Positions 30,491-39,423 of a DNA stretch of 43,658 nucleotides are shown piece by piece; position 1 is the stretch's first letter, and each line of letters starts with the position of its first letter. The position numbers and the translations under genes are program-made. The notes below the pieces were generated by a model. That model worked only from the letters and a program-made list of their open reading frames with translations, ran no database searches and was not told where the DNA came from. This stretch comes from a virus (taxonomy: Duplodnaviria > Caudoviricetes), in IMG/VR virus record IMGVR_UViG_3300043414_000452, positions 1-43,658 of that record; one strand, given 5' to 3'.

Positions 30491-33055
30491 TTAGATAGTG
30501 ATATTTGGTGCGTTTGATTTGTAAGGGTGGTTTGCTGGCAGGCTCGACGAGAGGCCCCACTTCCAAGCCAAGTATCCCTCCAGCATTTGGCGAGTGGCCG
30601 TCGTGGTGTCGCCCGTCACGGCCACAATCTCGCCGTACCACCCGGAAACAAAGCTGCCGCTGTTGTACGACGACCCGAGCCAGAAGCCGGGTATGTTGCT
30701 CGATCGCAAATTTGTCTTTGTCAGCGAGCTTTCCACATACGCGCCGTTGTGCGACAGCCCAATGCTCTGACCATGCCGAAACACAAACGCAGACACGGCA
30801 TTGCCTGTGGCACCTGATACGGTCGGAGAATTTGAGGCCGACTCAGTCGGGCTTGACAGCACAACACTAAACGAATTTGGACTGGCGCGCACGCTCCATC
30901 CCCCGCCCGCACCGTCCAACCCTCGCAACACAGGGGCGTTTGAAAAAACACCGCACATCATGAATGACTGAGTCGATGACGACAGAAAGTCACTTCCACC
31001 CATAACGTGCGACGTGCCGTTGAACTGAATGGCAGGGTAGCCGTTGATGACCGACGCTTGATAGACCGGGCGAGCCCCGCTGCTTGACTGCGTGGCGTTT
31101 CTGTCGTTGCCGCTCTTGTCTGACCATCTGGCGACGTTGCCGCCGAGCGAGACAGCCGATCCGCCGCTGGTGGAATCAAACAAAGTCGCCGCGTCCTGCG
31201 CGTCGAGCCACAACTGCACTCCAGTCAGGCTGGCTGGAGTGAATGGTGCCCACGACTGAAGGGCTGCGAGCCGCCACGAATTCGTCGCAGTTGCAACGTA
31301 TAGGTTTGTGCCGTCATACGCGATACTCCCCGCCGTCCCAGTCGCCGTCGCGGAGGCTGGCACGCTTGACCATGAGGGGCCGCTCCCACCACCACCCGAC
31401 GTGCCAGCCTCAACGTAGACCCCGGACGAATCCCAGAAATAGATTCGTTTTGCATCAGTCGCGTGATAGAGGGTCTGGGCACTGCCCGTGGCCGGGAAGC
31501 CCGCCGCAGTCGTCGCCTCGACGATGTTTGCGGAGCCGCCACCGCCAGTGGCCGCAAGCACGCCGTCAGTGATCGTCAGGTTTGCGCCAACCTTGATGCC
31601 ACCGAGGACGGAGGATGTGGCGGTGGGCAACGTGTAGGAGCCGCCGCCACCGCTCGGCGTTGCCGCAGCCCATGCGCTGCCGTTCCACGTTGGCACCTGG
31701 CCGGTGGTGGCCGACGACTGCGTGAGGTTCGCCAGCGAGTGCGTGTGGCTCGTCGCGGCCTTGCCGTCCAAGGCGGTCTGCACGGCCGTCGAGATCGGCT
31801 TCGCCGTGTCTGCCGTGTTGTCAACGTTGCCCAAGCCCACGTCGCTCTTCGTGAGCGTCACCGTGCCCGTGCGTCCCGAGACGCTCACTACCGGCCCGTA
31901 CTTCGCAGCCTCGGTGGCGAAATCAGAGATGGTCGACGCCAGTTGCGTGCCAGTGTGATTTGCTCTCGCCGTGGCGTCGGTGTTTGGGACGTTGCCGAGG
32001 CCCACGTCACTCTTGGTGAGCGTGATCGTCCCCGTGCGGCCCGAGACGCTTTGCACGGGTGCCGCAGCTGCGGCGCGAGTGTTGGTGTAGTAGAGGTTGG
32101 TCGAGCCCTCGGTGACGCTATCCGTCGAGCCGGGGGAAGGTGAGATTTCGACGTAAGCCGAACCGCTCCAACGGTAGATTTTCCCGGTGTCGCGGGCGAC
32201 GTAGATTTTGCCGGTCGATTGCTCAGTAAACGCCGCAAGGTTGGCGTACTCGATGACATCGTCAATGTAGCTCGGCAGTTGCGAGCTCGGCACGGTGCCG
32301 CTCACCAGCGTGGCGTATGTGCCAGCCGCCTGCTTGCCGTCCAGAGCTGTCTGTAGACCAGTAACGTCTGCGACGGCGTGCGAGTGGGCTGATGGCGTGA
32401 ACGTCGAGGGAATGCCAGTAAGGCCAGAGTAGGCGATTGAGCCTTGCGAATGGGTGTGGTCAGCACGGGCAGCCGAGAGTGCCGTGCCTGCGCTGGCAAC
32501 GCCAAGCGGTTGCGGCGTCTCGTCTGCAAGGTTGACGGTGCCCGCTGGGCCTTGTGGACCTTGTGCGCCAGTGGCACCAGTGGCACCAACGAGCGACGAC
32601 AGCGCTATCACGTTCGTCCACGTTGATCCGCCGACATATCGCCATTGAATGTGAGTGCTGCTCGCCTGCAACTCAACTGCCGTGCCAGCTGCGCCTGTGC
32701 TGCCGGTCGGCCCAGTGATCGCAGACAACGCAACGAGATTCGTCCACGATGAGCCGCCAACGTATCGCCACTGTAGATGCGTGCTGCTCGCCTGGAGCTC
32801 GATGGCGGCCCCAGCGTCTCCCTTCTGAAGCACCAAATTGAGCACTTGATTCGGCGACGTGCCCGTGAGGGTCGCCGCAGCCGTTCCTTGACTCACCGTC
32901 CCTATAGAAAGGACGTTCGCAGGACCGGCAGAACCAGTTGACCCAGTAGGCCCACGCTCGCCGCTAGATGTGACCGTGACATCTACCGTGTCGCCATTGC
33001 CGACAGTCGGATTGATCGTCGTTGAGCCGTTGACTACTACCGATATTTCGCTCAT
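30491..33055 (-). CDS. Long modular fibre protein (collagen-like and repeat modules, C-terminal LamG-like domain)
   Basis: GPTGSTG/GAQGPQGP triplets; duplicated ELQASSTH.QWRYVGG and SVSGRTGT.TLTKSDVGLGNV modules; WLDAQD...WSDKSGN...EGYLAWKWG. Confidence 0.8.
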   Translation of the reverse strand: MSEISVVVNGSTTINPTVGNGDTVDVTVTSSGERGPTGSTGSAGPANVLSIGTVSQGTAAATLTGTSPNQVLNLVLQKGDAGAAIELQASSTHLQWRYVGGSSWTNLVALSAITGPTGSTGAAGTAVELQASSTHIQWRYVGGSTWTNVIALSSLVGATGATGAQGPQGPAGTVNLADETPQPLGVASAGTALSAARADHTHSQGSIAYSGLTGIPSTFTPSAHSHAVADVTGLQTALDGKQAAGTYATLVSGTVPSSQLPSYIDDVIEYANLAAFTEQSTGKIYVARDTGKIYRWSGSAYVEISPSPGSTDSVTEGSTNLYYTNTRAAAAAPVQSVSGRTGTITLTKSDVGLGNVPNTDATARANHTGTQLASTISDFATEAAKYGPVVSVSGRTGTVTLTKSDVGLGNVDNTADTAKPISTAVQTALDGKAATSHTHSLANLTQSSATTGQVPTWNGSAWAAATPSGGGGSYTLPTATSSVLGGIKVGANLTITDGVLAATGGGGSANIVEATTAAGFPATGSAQTLYHATDAKRIYFWDSSGVYVEAGTSGGGGSGPSWSSVPASATATGTAGSIAYDGTNLYVATATNSWRLAALQSWAPFTPASLTGVQLWLDAQDAATLFDSTSGGSAVSLGGNVARWSDKSGNDRNATQSSSGARPVYQASVINGYPAIQFNGTSHVMGGSDFLSSSTQSFMMCGVFSNAPVLRGLDGAGGGWSVRASPNSFSVVLSSPTESASNSPTVSGATGNAVSAFVFRHGQSIGLSHNGAYVESSLTKTNLRSSNIPGFWLGSSYNSGSFVSGWYGEIVAVTGDTTTATRQMLEGYLAWKWGLSSSLPANHPYKSNAPNITI

Positions 33056-33432
33056 GCGCCGGGTGCCCTCGGGATGCACGATCCCGCGAGGATCGTCCTA
33101 GTCATCGTCGTGCTAGGGGTGATCCATCGCAGATACCAGAGATACTTGATCGCAGGGCTCAGCGCTGCCGTCTGCGTCTCGTTGAGACTCCAGATGATTG
33201 ACCCTGTGGACGCTGTCACGACTTGGATCGTCGGCGTTGCGGCAGTCGCTCCAACCGTAGACACAGTCCCGCCGCCGCCACCTTGGAAGCCGCCAACACT
33301 TGCCACATAGATGCCAGATTGCAGCGTGTAGCCTGTGATGTTCTGGCCCAGCGATATGGCGATATTGACTTCGTCGCCAACGACGAAAGTCACGTCAAGC
33401 TGGCCCGGCAGTAAAGAAAACGTAGCTGGCAT
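33052..33432 (-). CDS. BppU-like fibre adaptor protein
   Basis: GDEV...ITGYT...ETQTAAL...RTILAG pattern; GAGGAG RBS. Confidence 0.6.
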   Translation of the reverse strand: MPATFSLLPGQLDVTFVVGDEVNIAISLGQNITGYTLQSGIYVASVGGFQGGGGGTVSTVGATAATPTIQVVTASTGSIIWSLNETQTAALSPAIKYLWYLRWITPSTTMTRTILAGSCIPRAPGA

Positions 33433-33487
33433 GGCGCGGACTCCTCGTGCGTGGCATTGTCATGGCGACAAGCGGCAGAGCGACCGG

Positions 33488-33670
33488 CTATGCCTCCACC
33501 CACGCCCCCGTCGCCTCGCGACTCTCAAACCACACCCAGCCATCGACGGGATAACTGTAGTCGGCGTGCTGTTCCGCAAGTAGCGTGAACCCCGGCCCAT
33601 AGACCGCATTGGGCGCGTACAGCAACTCGCCTCCGTCAGGGTCGCGCTTGTAAAAGCCCGCTTCGCTCAT
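33488..33670 (-). CDS. Small hypothetical protein (YPVDGWVWFESREA)
   Basis: ATGA overlap; MSEAGFYK start. Confidence 0.6.
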   Translation of the reverse strand: MSEAGFYKRDPDGGELLYAPNAVYGPGFTLLAEQHADYSYPVDGWVWFESREATGAWVEA

Positions 33671-34935
33671 GTCACCACCGTCCAGCCCTTGGCGGTCGCA
33701 ATGGATGTGGTGCATGTCGCCGCACCGTAGTTGCCCGTGACCGTGATCGTTTTGCCAGAGCCCGACGACGAGAGGTTCGTGAAGATGGCGTCGATCTGCG
33801 CCGCACTCAACTTGCAGGATGCAAACGAGATCGTCTGGTTGATGCCCGTGCAGGCGACGGATGCCAGAGATGAGCAACCAGACGCAAAGCTCCCCATGGT
33901 CGCAGACGATGAGACGGAGGACAGGTTTAGTGCTGGAATAGCGGTTAAACTCGCGCAGCCTAAAAACATCGAGGCAGCTTGTGTGCAAGACGAGAAATTG
34001 AAAGCTGGCACAGTCTGAAGCGATACGCAGTTGTAAAAAGCAGATGTGCCGTTTATCACAGATGAAAAGTTGAATACCGGCAGCGTCTGAAGCAATATAC
34101 AGCCAAAAAACATTTGATTTATGTTATTGGCATTTGCTGTGTTAAAAAGCGGTACAGACTGAAGCGATGAGCAATTGTATAAAAAATTACTGAAAGTTAA
34201 GCATGCCGCTGTATTAAAAAAAGGAATTGACTGTAGCGAAGAACAGCCAATGAACATACTAGTCATGTTCGTGCATGATGCTGTATTAAAAAGCGGAACC
34301 GACTGAAGCGCATAACAGTCCTGAAACATGGTACTCATAGTTGTCACAGATGCCGTGTTAAAAAGCGGCACAGACTGAAGAGACGAAGCACGTTGAAACA
34401 TACTGAACGTACTCGTCAGGTTGTGATTCAAGATCGTCGCCTGCTGAAGATACCTTGCAGTGACCGTCGTAGAGCTAAACGTTAGGGACGTGATGCTGCT
34501 TGCGTTGATCACAACATCTAGCCAGCCTGTCGAATACGCCACAGAGGTAGTGCTATGCCGCACACTCAGATTTAAGCTCGTCAGGTTCTGCCCGCTCTGC
34601 GGGTACACCTGAATGATGACCTGTCTGTACCCGAGCGTCGATTCGCCCGTACTGCTGATTGCCGTGTAATCGTATGTTTTCTGCGCCGTCGTCCCGGTTG
34701 CGTGATTGGTCGTCGTCCCGTCGCCCCAGTCCACGGTGTACGCACCAGCCGCCGTAAGTGCGACGAAGTTGCCGTCCATGTCGATGCGGTGCAGTCCAGC
34801 GAAACGCTGCTGCCCTGTCACATCCGGCAGCGTCAGCCATGCGGATGGACGCACCCACGGAGCGACGGTTGACGCTGCGGCCCGTAGGCTGCGATTGTTG
34901 CTCAGTCGCGGGCGTGAAGCGGAGGTTACTGTCAC
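33667..34935 (-). CDS. BspA/DUF285-type leucine-rich-repeat protein
   Basis: About seven 23-aa repeats SLQSVPLFNTASxTxMxxMFxxC; VDWGDG N-terminal motif; AKGWTV C-terminus. Confidence 0.8.
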   Translation of the reverse strand: MTVTSASRPRLSNNRSLRAAASTVAPWVRPSAWLTLPDVTGQQRFAGLHRIDMDGNFVALTAAGAYTVDWGDGTTTNHATGTTAQKTYDYTAISSTGESTLGYRQVIIQVYPQSGQNLTSLNLSVRHSTTSVAYSTGWLDVVINASSITSLTFSSTTVTARYLQQATILNHNLTSTFSMFQRASSLQSVPLFNTASVTTMSTMFQDCYALQSVPLFNTASCTNMTSMFIGCSSLQSIPFFNTAACLTFSNFLYNCSSLQSVPLFNTANANNINQMFFGCILLQTLPVFNFSSVINGTSAFYNCVSLQTVPAFNFSSCTQAASMFLGCASLTAIPALNLSSVSSSATMGSFASGCSSLASVACTGINQTISFASCKLSAAQIDAIFTNLSSSGSGKTITVTGNYGAATCTTSIATAKGWTVVT

Positions 34936-35261
34936 TAGGTCACCTCAACGCCGAACAGGGAGAACGCGAGATTCGCCGTGCCAGCGTAGACAGAGACTAC
35001 GTCGGTAGCCGCAAGCGAGATGCCGAGCGTGAGGTAAAACGAGTCGTTCGCGTTCACGCTGGCGTCGTAGACAAGGTAGTGCTGGTTCGCAATCGTTGCT
35101 CCCGCAGGGCGAACCGCCACGCGAAACGTCGTTGACACGCCCAGATTCGCCACCGACAGAGTCGATGCGATTGCCTGCGTGGAGGACGGGACAGTGTATA
35201 GCGTTGTTAGCGTCGTCGCGGATGGGTTGCTCTGCCCAAGAACTTTGTGCGTCTGCGGCAT
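34935..35261 (-). CDS. Small virion structural protein
   Basis: KVLGQ...TTLYTVP...SLFGVE, a conserved phage motif pattern. Confidence 0.65.
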   Translation of the reverse strand: MPQTHKVLGQSNPSATTLTTLYTVPSSTQAIASTLSVANLGVSTTFRVAVRPAGATIANQHYLVYDASVNANDSFYLTLGISLAATDVVSVYAGTANLAFSLFGVEVT

Positions 35262-35262
35262 G

Positions 35263-36402
35263 TCAGCCTCCCATCAGAAGAAACGGGTGAAACGGTGTGA
35301 AGTCCAAGCGAGCCTGCGAGAGCGTGCCAGAGGCGATGTCACTGGCTGCGTGGGTATGGCTGCTCGCAGCCGCGCCGATAGACGACGGCGTGATCGCATC
35401 CGCGCCACCGCTGGCGTGGCTGGAGGCGTGGGACGTTGGCGTGCGACTGTCCGACAGCCGTGAATCGTTGCCCGCGCAGTAATTCGTTGAGCCAGTGCCA
35501 GCCGTCGGCAGGCCCGTAACGGCACTTGCTGCAATCGTCGCCGCCGTGGTCAGCGCGCCGCTTGTCGTGGTGACGACGATTTGCCCGCTGGCGGATCCGA
35601 TAGCACCGGCGTTGGTGATATTGCCGTGAACGTGGATCGTTGGCGTCCGCGAGTCGGCGAGCCTGCTGTCGGACGACCCAACAGCATCGGTGATGCCGTA
35701 GCCCGAGAGCGTGGTAGGCGTTGCCGTGATCGTTGACCACGCCTGGTTGTGGGCCGCAGGCGTGAACGTGCTCGGCACGCTCGTCAGGTCGGCATACGAT
35801 CCGCTGAATAGCGACGGCTTGCCAGACAGGTCGGCGTATGAATGCGTGTGCGAGGCGGCTGCGTAGCTTCCTGCCGCCTGCTTGGAATCCAAGGCTGTCT
35901 GTAGCCCCGTCACGTCTGCAACGGCGTGAGAATGCGTCGTAGGCGTCCGAGCGTCAGACAGGCGACTGTCGGACGTCAGCACCACGGATGCCGGGAGCCG
36001 AGCCGCCGCAAGGGTGCCTGTTGTCAATAGGCTGGCGTCCGTTGTCGGCGGTGCAGCTGCGGCGACGGCAGACGAGAAGTCCGTGATCTGCGATGCCGTA
36101 TGCGTGTGGCTCGTAGGCGGGAACGTGGACGGCTTGCCAGAAAGCGTCGCCCAATCGGACGCCACAGCGAACTCACTCCACGTCGTCAGGTCGCTGCCTA
36201 GCTTCCATACCTTGCCGTCCGTCAGCACACACACCAGCATCCCCGACTCTCGCCTCAACGACGGAATAGCGTCCCTCTCGCCGATGTCGGCCACGCTGCG
36301 GTAGCCGCCCTTGCCGTACCGTGCCTCGTGCGAGGCGTGCGAGTCCGTCGTGTCGAATGGCACGACCGGCGCGAGTACGTTGATGCCGCGAATGCTTGAC
36401 AT
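35263..36402 (-). CDS. Fibre-like protein with HxH repeats
   Basis: SHTH, HSH and DSRLSDARTP repeats; ends HPFLLMGG. Confidence 0.7.
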   Translation of the reverse strand: MSSIRGINVLAPVVPFDTTDSHASHEARYGKGGYRSVADIGERDAIPSLRRESGMLVCVLTDGKVWKLGSDLTTWSEFAVASDWATLSGKPSTFPPTSHTHTASQITDFSSAVAAAAPPTTDASLLTTGTLAAARLPASVVLTSDSRLSDARTPTTHSHAVADVTGLQTALDSKQAAGSYAAASHTHSYADLSGKPSLFSGSYADLTSVPSTFTPAAHNQAWSTITATPTTLSGYGITDAVGSSDSRLADSRTPTIHVHGNITNAGAIGSASGQIVVTTTSGALTTAATIAASAVTGLPTAGTGSTNYCAGNDSRLSDSRTPTSHASSHASGGADAITPSSIGAAASSHTHAASDIASGTLSQARLDFTPFHPFLLMGG

Positions 36403-36405
36403 ACG

Positions 36406-37095
36406 TCATGTGACCACAAGAGTGACGGTGCCAGTGATCGGATACGTTGAGCGATAGATGCCGTAGGACATCGCAGTTTGCCCGGCGAACGTGATTGTCC
36501 GCTGCGTCGTCTCCCAGGCGGACGACGTCAGGCCAGACACGGCAAACGTCGGCACGCCAAAAGACGTCGGCAGGACGACGTAGATATACGCAGTCTGTGC
36601 GGTGATCGTCCGCGACTGTGCCAGAGAGCCTCCGAGGTCATTAGCAAGGCTTGCCACGATTTGCTGATCAGTGATCGTCGTGGCAGCAAACGAGCCCCAG
36701 AAGCGACGCCTGAGCGTCGGAACGACTTGCGATGCCTCGGCAGTGGCAATCGTGTGAACTCGCACCGTCTGCCGGAATGCGTCGCCGTAATGAAACACCG
36801 GCACGCCTCGCGGGCTCGTCACCTCATACGTGACATCCACGCCGTTGATGGTGTCGATGACTTTGTCGTGTCGCAGCGGCTCGCCGAAAGGCAGCGTGCC
36901 AGCCTTGATGACGAAGTCACGGCTCTCCCATTGCTCAATCACGCCGCTTGTGCCTTGCGACTCAAAGCGACTGGTGCCAATCGTGGCTAGAACCGTGCCG
37001 TAGTCAGCACCTCGCGAGTAGCGGACAGACCGCGACGCACCCGCCGCCAACTGGCCGGCGAGCCACGATGCACCGCTGGCGAGCATGTCGGACAT
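36406..37095 (-). CDS. Head-tail joining protein with an extra C-terminal beta domain
   Basis: RDFVI...EPLRHDKV...YEV...RVHT head-closure pattern, plus ~110 extra residues. Confidence 0.6.
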   Translation of the reverse strand: MSDMLASGASWLAGQLAAGASRSVRYSRGADYGTVLATIGTSRFESQGTSGVIEQWESRDFVIKAGTLPFGEPLRHDKVIDTINGVDVTYEVTSPRGVPVFHYGDAFRQTVRVHTIATAEASQVVPTLRRRFWGSFAATTITDQQIVASLANDLGGSLAQSRTITAQTAYIYVVLPTSFGVPTFAVSGLTSSAWETTQRTITFAGQTAMSYGIYRSTYPITGTVTLVVT

Positions 37096-37107
37096 AGGCA
37101 CCTCTGA

Positions 37108-37163
37108 CTACAAGACCGCCGGCGGCGCGGAAAGGATGAAACGCTGCCGCCGGCGGCTTGCAG
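37108..37163 (-). terminator. GC-rich hairpin after the DUF2190 gene
   Basis: CCGCCGGCGGCGC...GCTGCCGCCGGCGG inverted repeat. Confidence 0.45.
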
Positions 37164-37177
37164 TGGGACGGGGACGA

Positions 37178-37501
37178 TCAGCCCTGGTTGATCAGCACCT
37201 TGACGGTCGCGTCGCCAGAGGCAGCAGCAGCCGCAGCCTTGCCGGCCCGCTTGTTGCTGCCGACAGTCGTGGTGATGTTGCTGTTGGTGGCGTCCCAGTA
37301 AACGATGGCACCCTGCCCAATCGCACCGGAAGCCTTCGGCAGCACAAACACACCCTCAACCGCCACAGCACCGAGAGCGTTGGCAGCAATCGGGCGAGGA
37401 GCCACGGTCACGAGGTCATTGAGCACGACCACGTCGCCAGCCGCAACAGCGGAAGACGGCGTGTAGTCGATCAGATCGCCATCCTGAAAATACGAAGCCA
37501 T
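37178..37501 (-). CDS. DUF2190 capsid cement/decoration protein
   Basis: YFQDGDLIDYTP...AVAAGDVV...GAVAVEGVFVLPK...VYWD. Confidence 0.88.
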   Translation of the reverse strand: MASYFQDGDLIDYTPSSAVAAGDVVVLNDLVTVAPRPIAANALGAVAVEGVFVLPKASGAIGQGAIVYWDATNSNITTTVGSNKRAGKAAAAAASGDATVKVLINQG

Positions 37502-37548
37502 TAGATCACCTGCTTTCTTTGAGAACGAGGAAGTTGTTGGTCGTCATG

Positions 37549-37580
37549 CCGCCGGGCGGGCTTGGGCTCCCGCCCGGCGG
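37549..37580 (-). terminator. Strong hairpin after the major capsid gene
   Basis: CCGCCGGGCGGG...CCCGCCCGGCGG 12-bp stem. Confidence 0.55.
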
Positions 37581-37602
37581 TCACGGTTTGCTGTTGTCAG
37601 GC

Positions 37603-39423
37603 TCAGGCAGTCGCCATGCGGTAGCACGACAGGCTCTCGGCCTTGGACACGCCAAAGTCGAAGAAGCCACGGATCGCCACGCCGAGCAGCTGGTAATCCG
37701 GTGCCACCTGTTCGATGGTCGGGGCCTGCTGACCGTTGAGGAACACCACGTCGAGCGCCGGGAGGTCCGCAGCGTCGGCGGCGAGCCACCACGTCGAAGC
37801 CGACGTGAGGTAGTTCGACACCACGACGCGATACCGACCCTGGAGGACGTTCGCGTTGGGCTCCTTCGTCGTGTTGCCCGAGACGAGCAACGCCGAGGTC
37901 ATGAGCTCCGCAGCGGTGATTTCCAGTTCCGGCGGAACGAGCAGCACGCGCGGCTGGATGCCGAGCGGGTTGCCGTCCGGGTCGGTCAGCTTGCGGAAGC
38001 CGGTGGTAGCCGCCTTCAGCGCCGTCAGCGACAGAGCGTTGCCAGCAGCGGCAGACGCCGCCTGGTAGTAGCTGCTGTTGCTGCTCTGGAACTCACTCCA
38101 AATGGCCTCGTTCATGGCGAGAGCCGCACCACGACCCATGCGCTGTGGCACCTGCGACAGAGCGTTGAGGTCGTCGTTGATCATGTCCTGCCGCGTCAGC
38201 TGGGTGCTGATGCCGTAGGTGTCGGCAGCGACCGACCGCTTGGTGTCGGAAGCCTGAGCGATTTTCAGTTCGCCGGCGTTGCCGACCTTCTTGAACTTCA
38301 TGTCGCCGTTGAGACGCAGCAGGTTGATCGCCTTGAAGTCGTTGACCGACCGCACGGCACTGATGTCCTGCCACGAAGACTCGACAGCGTTGAAGCCGTT
38401 GAGCAAGAACTTGTTGACGAGCGCCGACAGCAGGTTGCTGATGTCGTGCGTCGCAAACGCAGCCTTGAGGACTGGCTCTGCGTTGCCAGCGGAAAGCCGG
38501 TTGCTGCCGGTGTATCCGTTGGCACGAGCAGCCTCAATCAGCACCTCGCCGATGCTGGTCGTCCGCTTCAGCTTGTCGGCTGCTTCCAGCGTGCGACCGT
38601 CGAACGCCTTGTCGGCATTCGGCAGACCGGCTTGGAGGCACAGAGCCGCCTCAATCACCTTGTCGCTCTTCACGTCCTCGACCACATGGACAGCCGGAGC
38701 ACGGCTCTCGCGGGTCGCAATGACCTTCTGCATGTCTTCAACTTTCTTCGTGAGGGTTTCGATGGTGGCCTTGAGCGCGTCGCTCTCGGCAGCATCAACC
38801 TTGGGGGCATCCACGACGACGGTCGCCGTGGCTTCCACCTTGGTCTCAGTGACCTCGGCGGGCGTTTCGTTGGCGGATTCCGCCATGAGTAGCTCCTCTG
38901 CTTCTTCAGCAGCGATGCGTGCAGACGTTGCGTCATCTGCACCCAAGGTCACAAAACTGACTTCCCGCAACTTGGAAGCCTTGACGATTCGGACTGGACC
39001 CATGAAGGTCTGCCCGTTGACGGTTACGGATTCGCCGGCGGTTACCTTCTGATGCCGCATCACGTCGGCACCTACAGACGCCTGCCATGCGAACCCCTTC
39101 TCAGCCAGTGCAGTCACCTGCTTGGCGAGGTCAGATTCGGCGAGGATCTCGCCTTCGACGTACAGCCTGCCGTTCTCGGCACGGACGCTCGTCGCCTGCC
39201 CGAGGATGGAAGCCATCGTGTAATCGTGGCCCATCACAATCGGGATCTTCTGGTTGAACTTCATCCCGGCGAGGTCAATAACGATGGGCTCGGCGGACCA
39301 TCCTTGGCGGATGGCGGCACCCGTGTACGCCTCAATGGCGAACTTCCTTGGCTGCGACGTCATCCCATCGCCAGCCTCGGCGGCAACGAACTCAACAGCA
39401 GTTTCAAGATTCAGCTTGTTCAT
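37603..39423 (-). CDS. Prohead protease / scaffold / major capsid fusion
   Basis: N-terminal AYTG...GH...ASVG...EVSFVTLGAD protease, acidic linker, then Mu gpT-like capsid (VNDFK, TYG...TRQDMINDDL, LLVPPELE, FLNGQQAP). Confidence 0.9.
   Translation of the reverse strand: MNKLNLETAVEFVAAEAGDGMTSQPRKFAIEAYTGAAIRQGWSAEPIVIDLAGMKFNQKIPIVMGHDYTMASILGQATSVRAENGRLYVEGEILAESDLAKQVTALAEKGFAWQASVGADVMRHQKVTAGESVTVNGQTFMGPVRIVKASKLREVSFVTLGADDATSARIAAEEAEELLMAESANETPAEVTETKVEATATVVVDAPKVDAAESDALKATIETLTKKVEDMQKVIATRESRAPAVHVVEDVKSDKVIEAALCLQAGLPNADKAFDGRTLEAADKLKRTTSIGEVLIEAARANGYTGSNRLSAGNAEPVLKAAFATHDISNLLSALVNKFLLNGFNAVESSWQDISAVRSVNDFKAINLLRLNGDMKFKKVGNAGELKIAQASDTKRSVAADTYGISTQLTRQDMINDDLNALSQVPQRMGRGAALAMNEAIWSEFQSSNSSYYQAASAAAGNALSLTALKAATTGFRKLTDPDGNPLGIQPRVLLVPPELEITAAELMTSALLVSGNTTKEPNANVLQGRYRVVVSNYLTSASTWWLAADAADLPALDVVFLNGQQAPTIEQVAPDYQLLGVAIRGFFDFGVSKAESLSCYRMATA

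Noticed and set aside
20647-34935. Diversity-generating retroelement behind the AT-rich variable domains
   Set aside because: No reverse transcriptase, and no template/variable repeat pair differing at adenines was seen.
37519-38892. 457 aa plus-strand ORF
   Set aside because: Antisense to the major capsid gene; a typical high-GC shadow frame.
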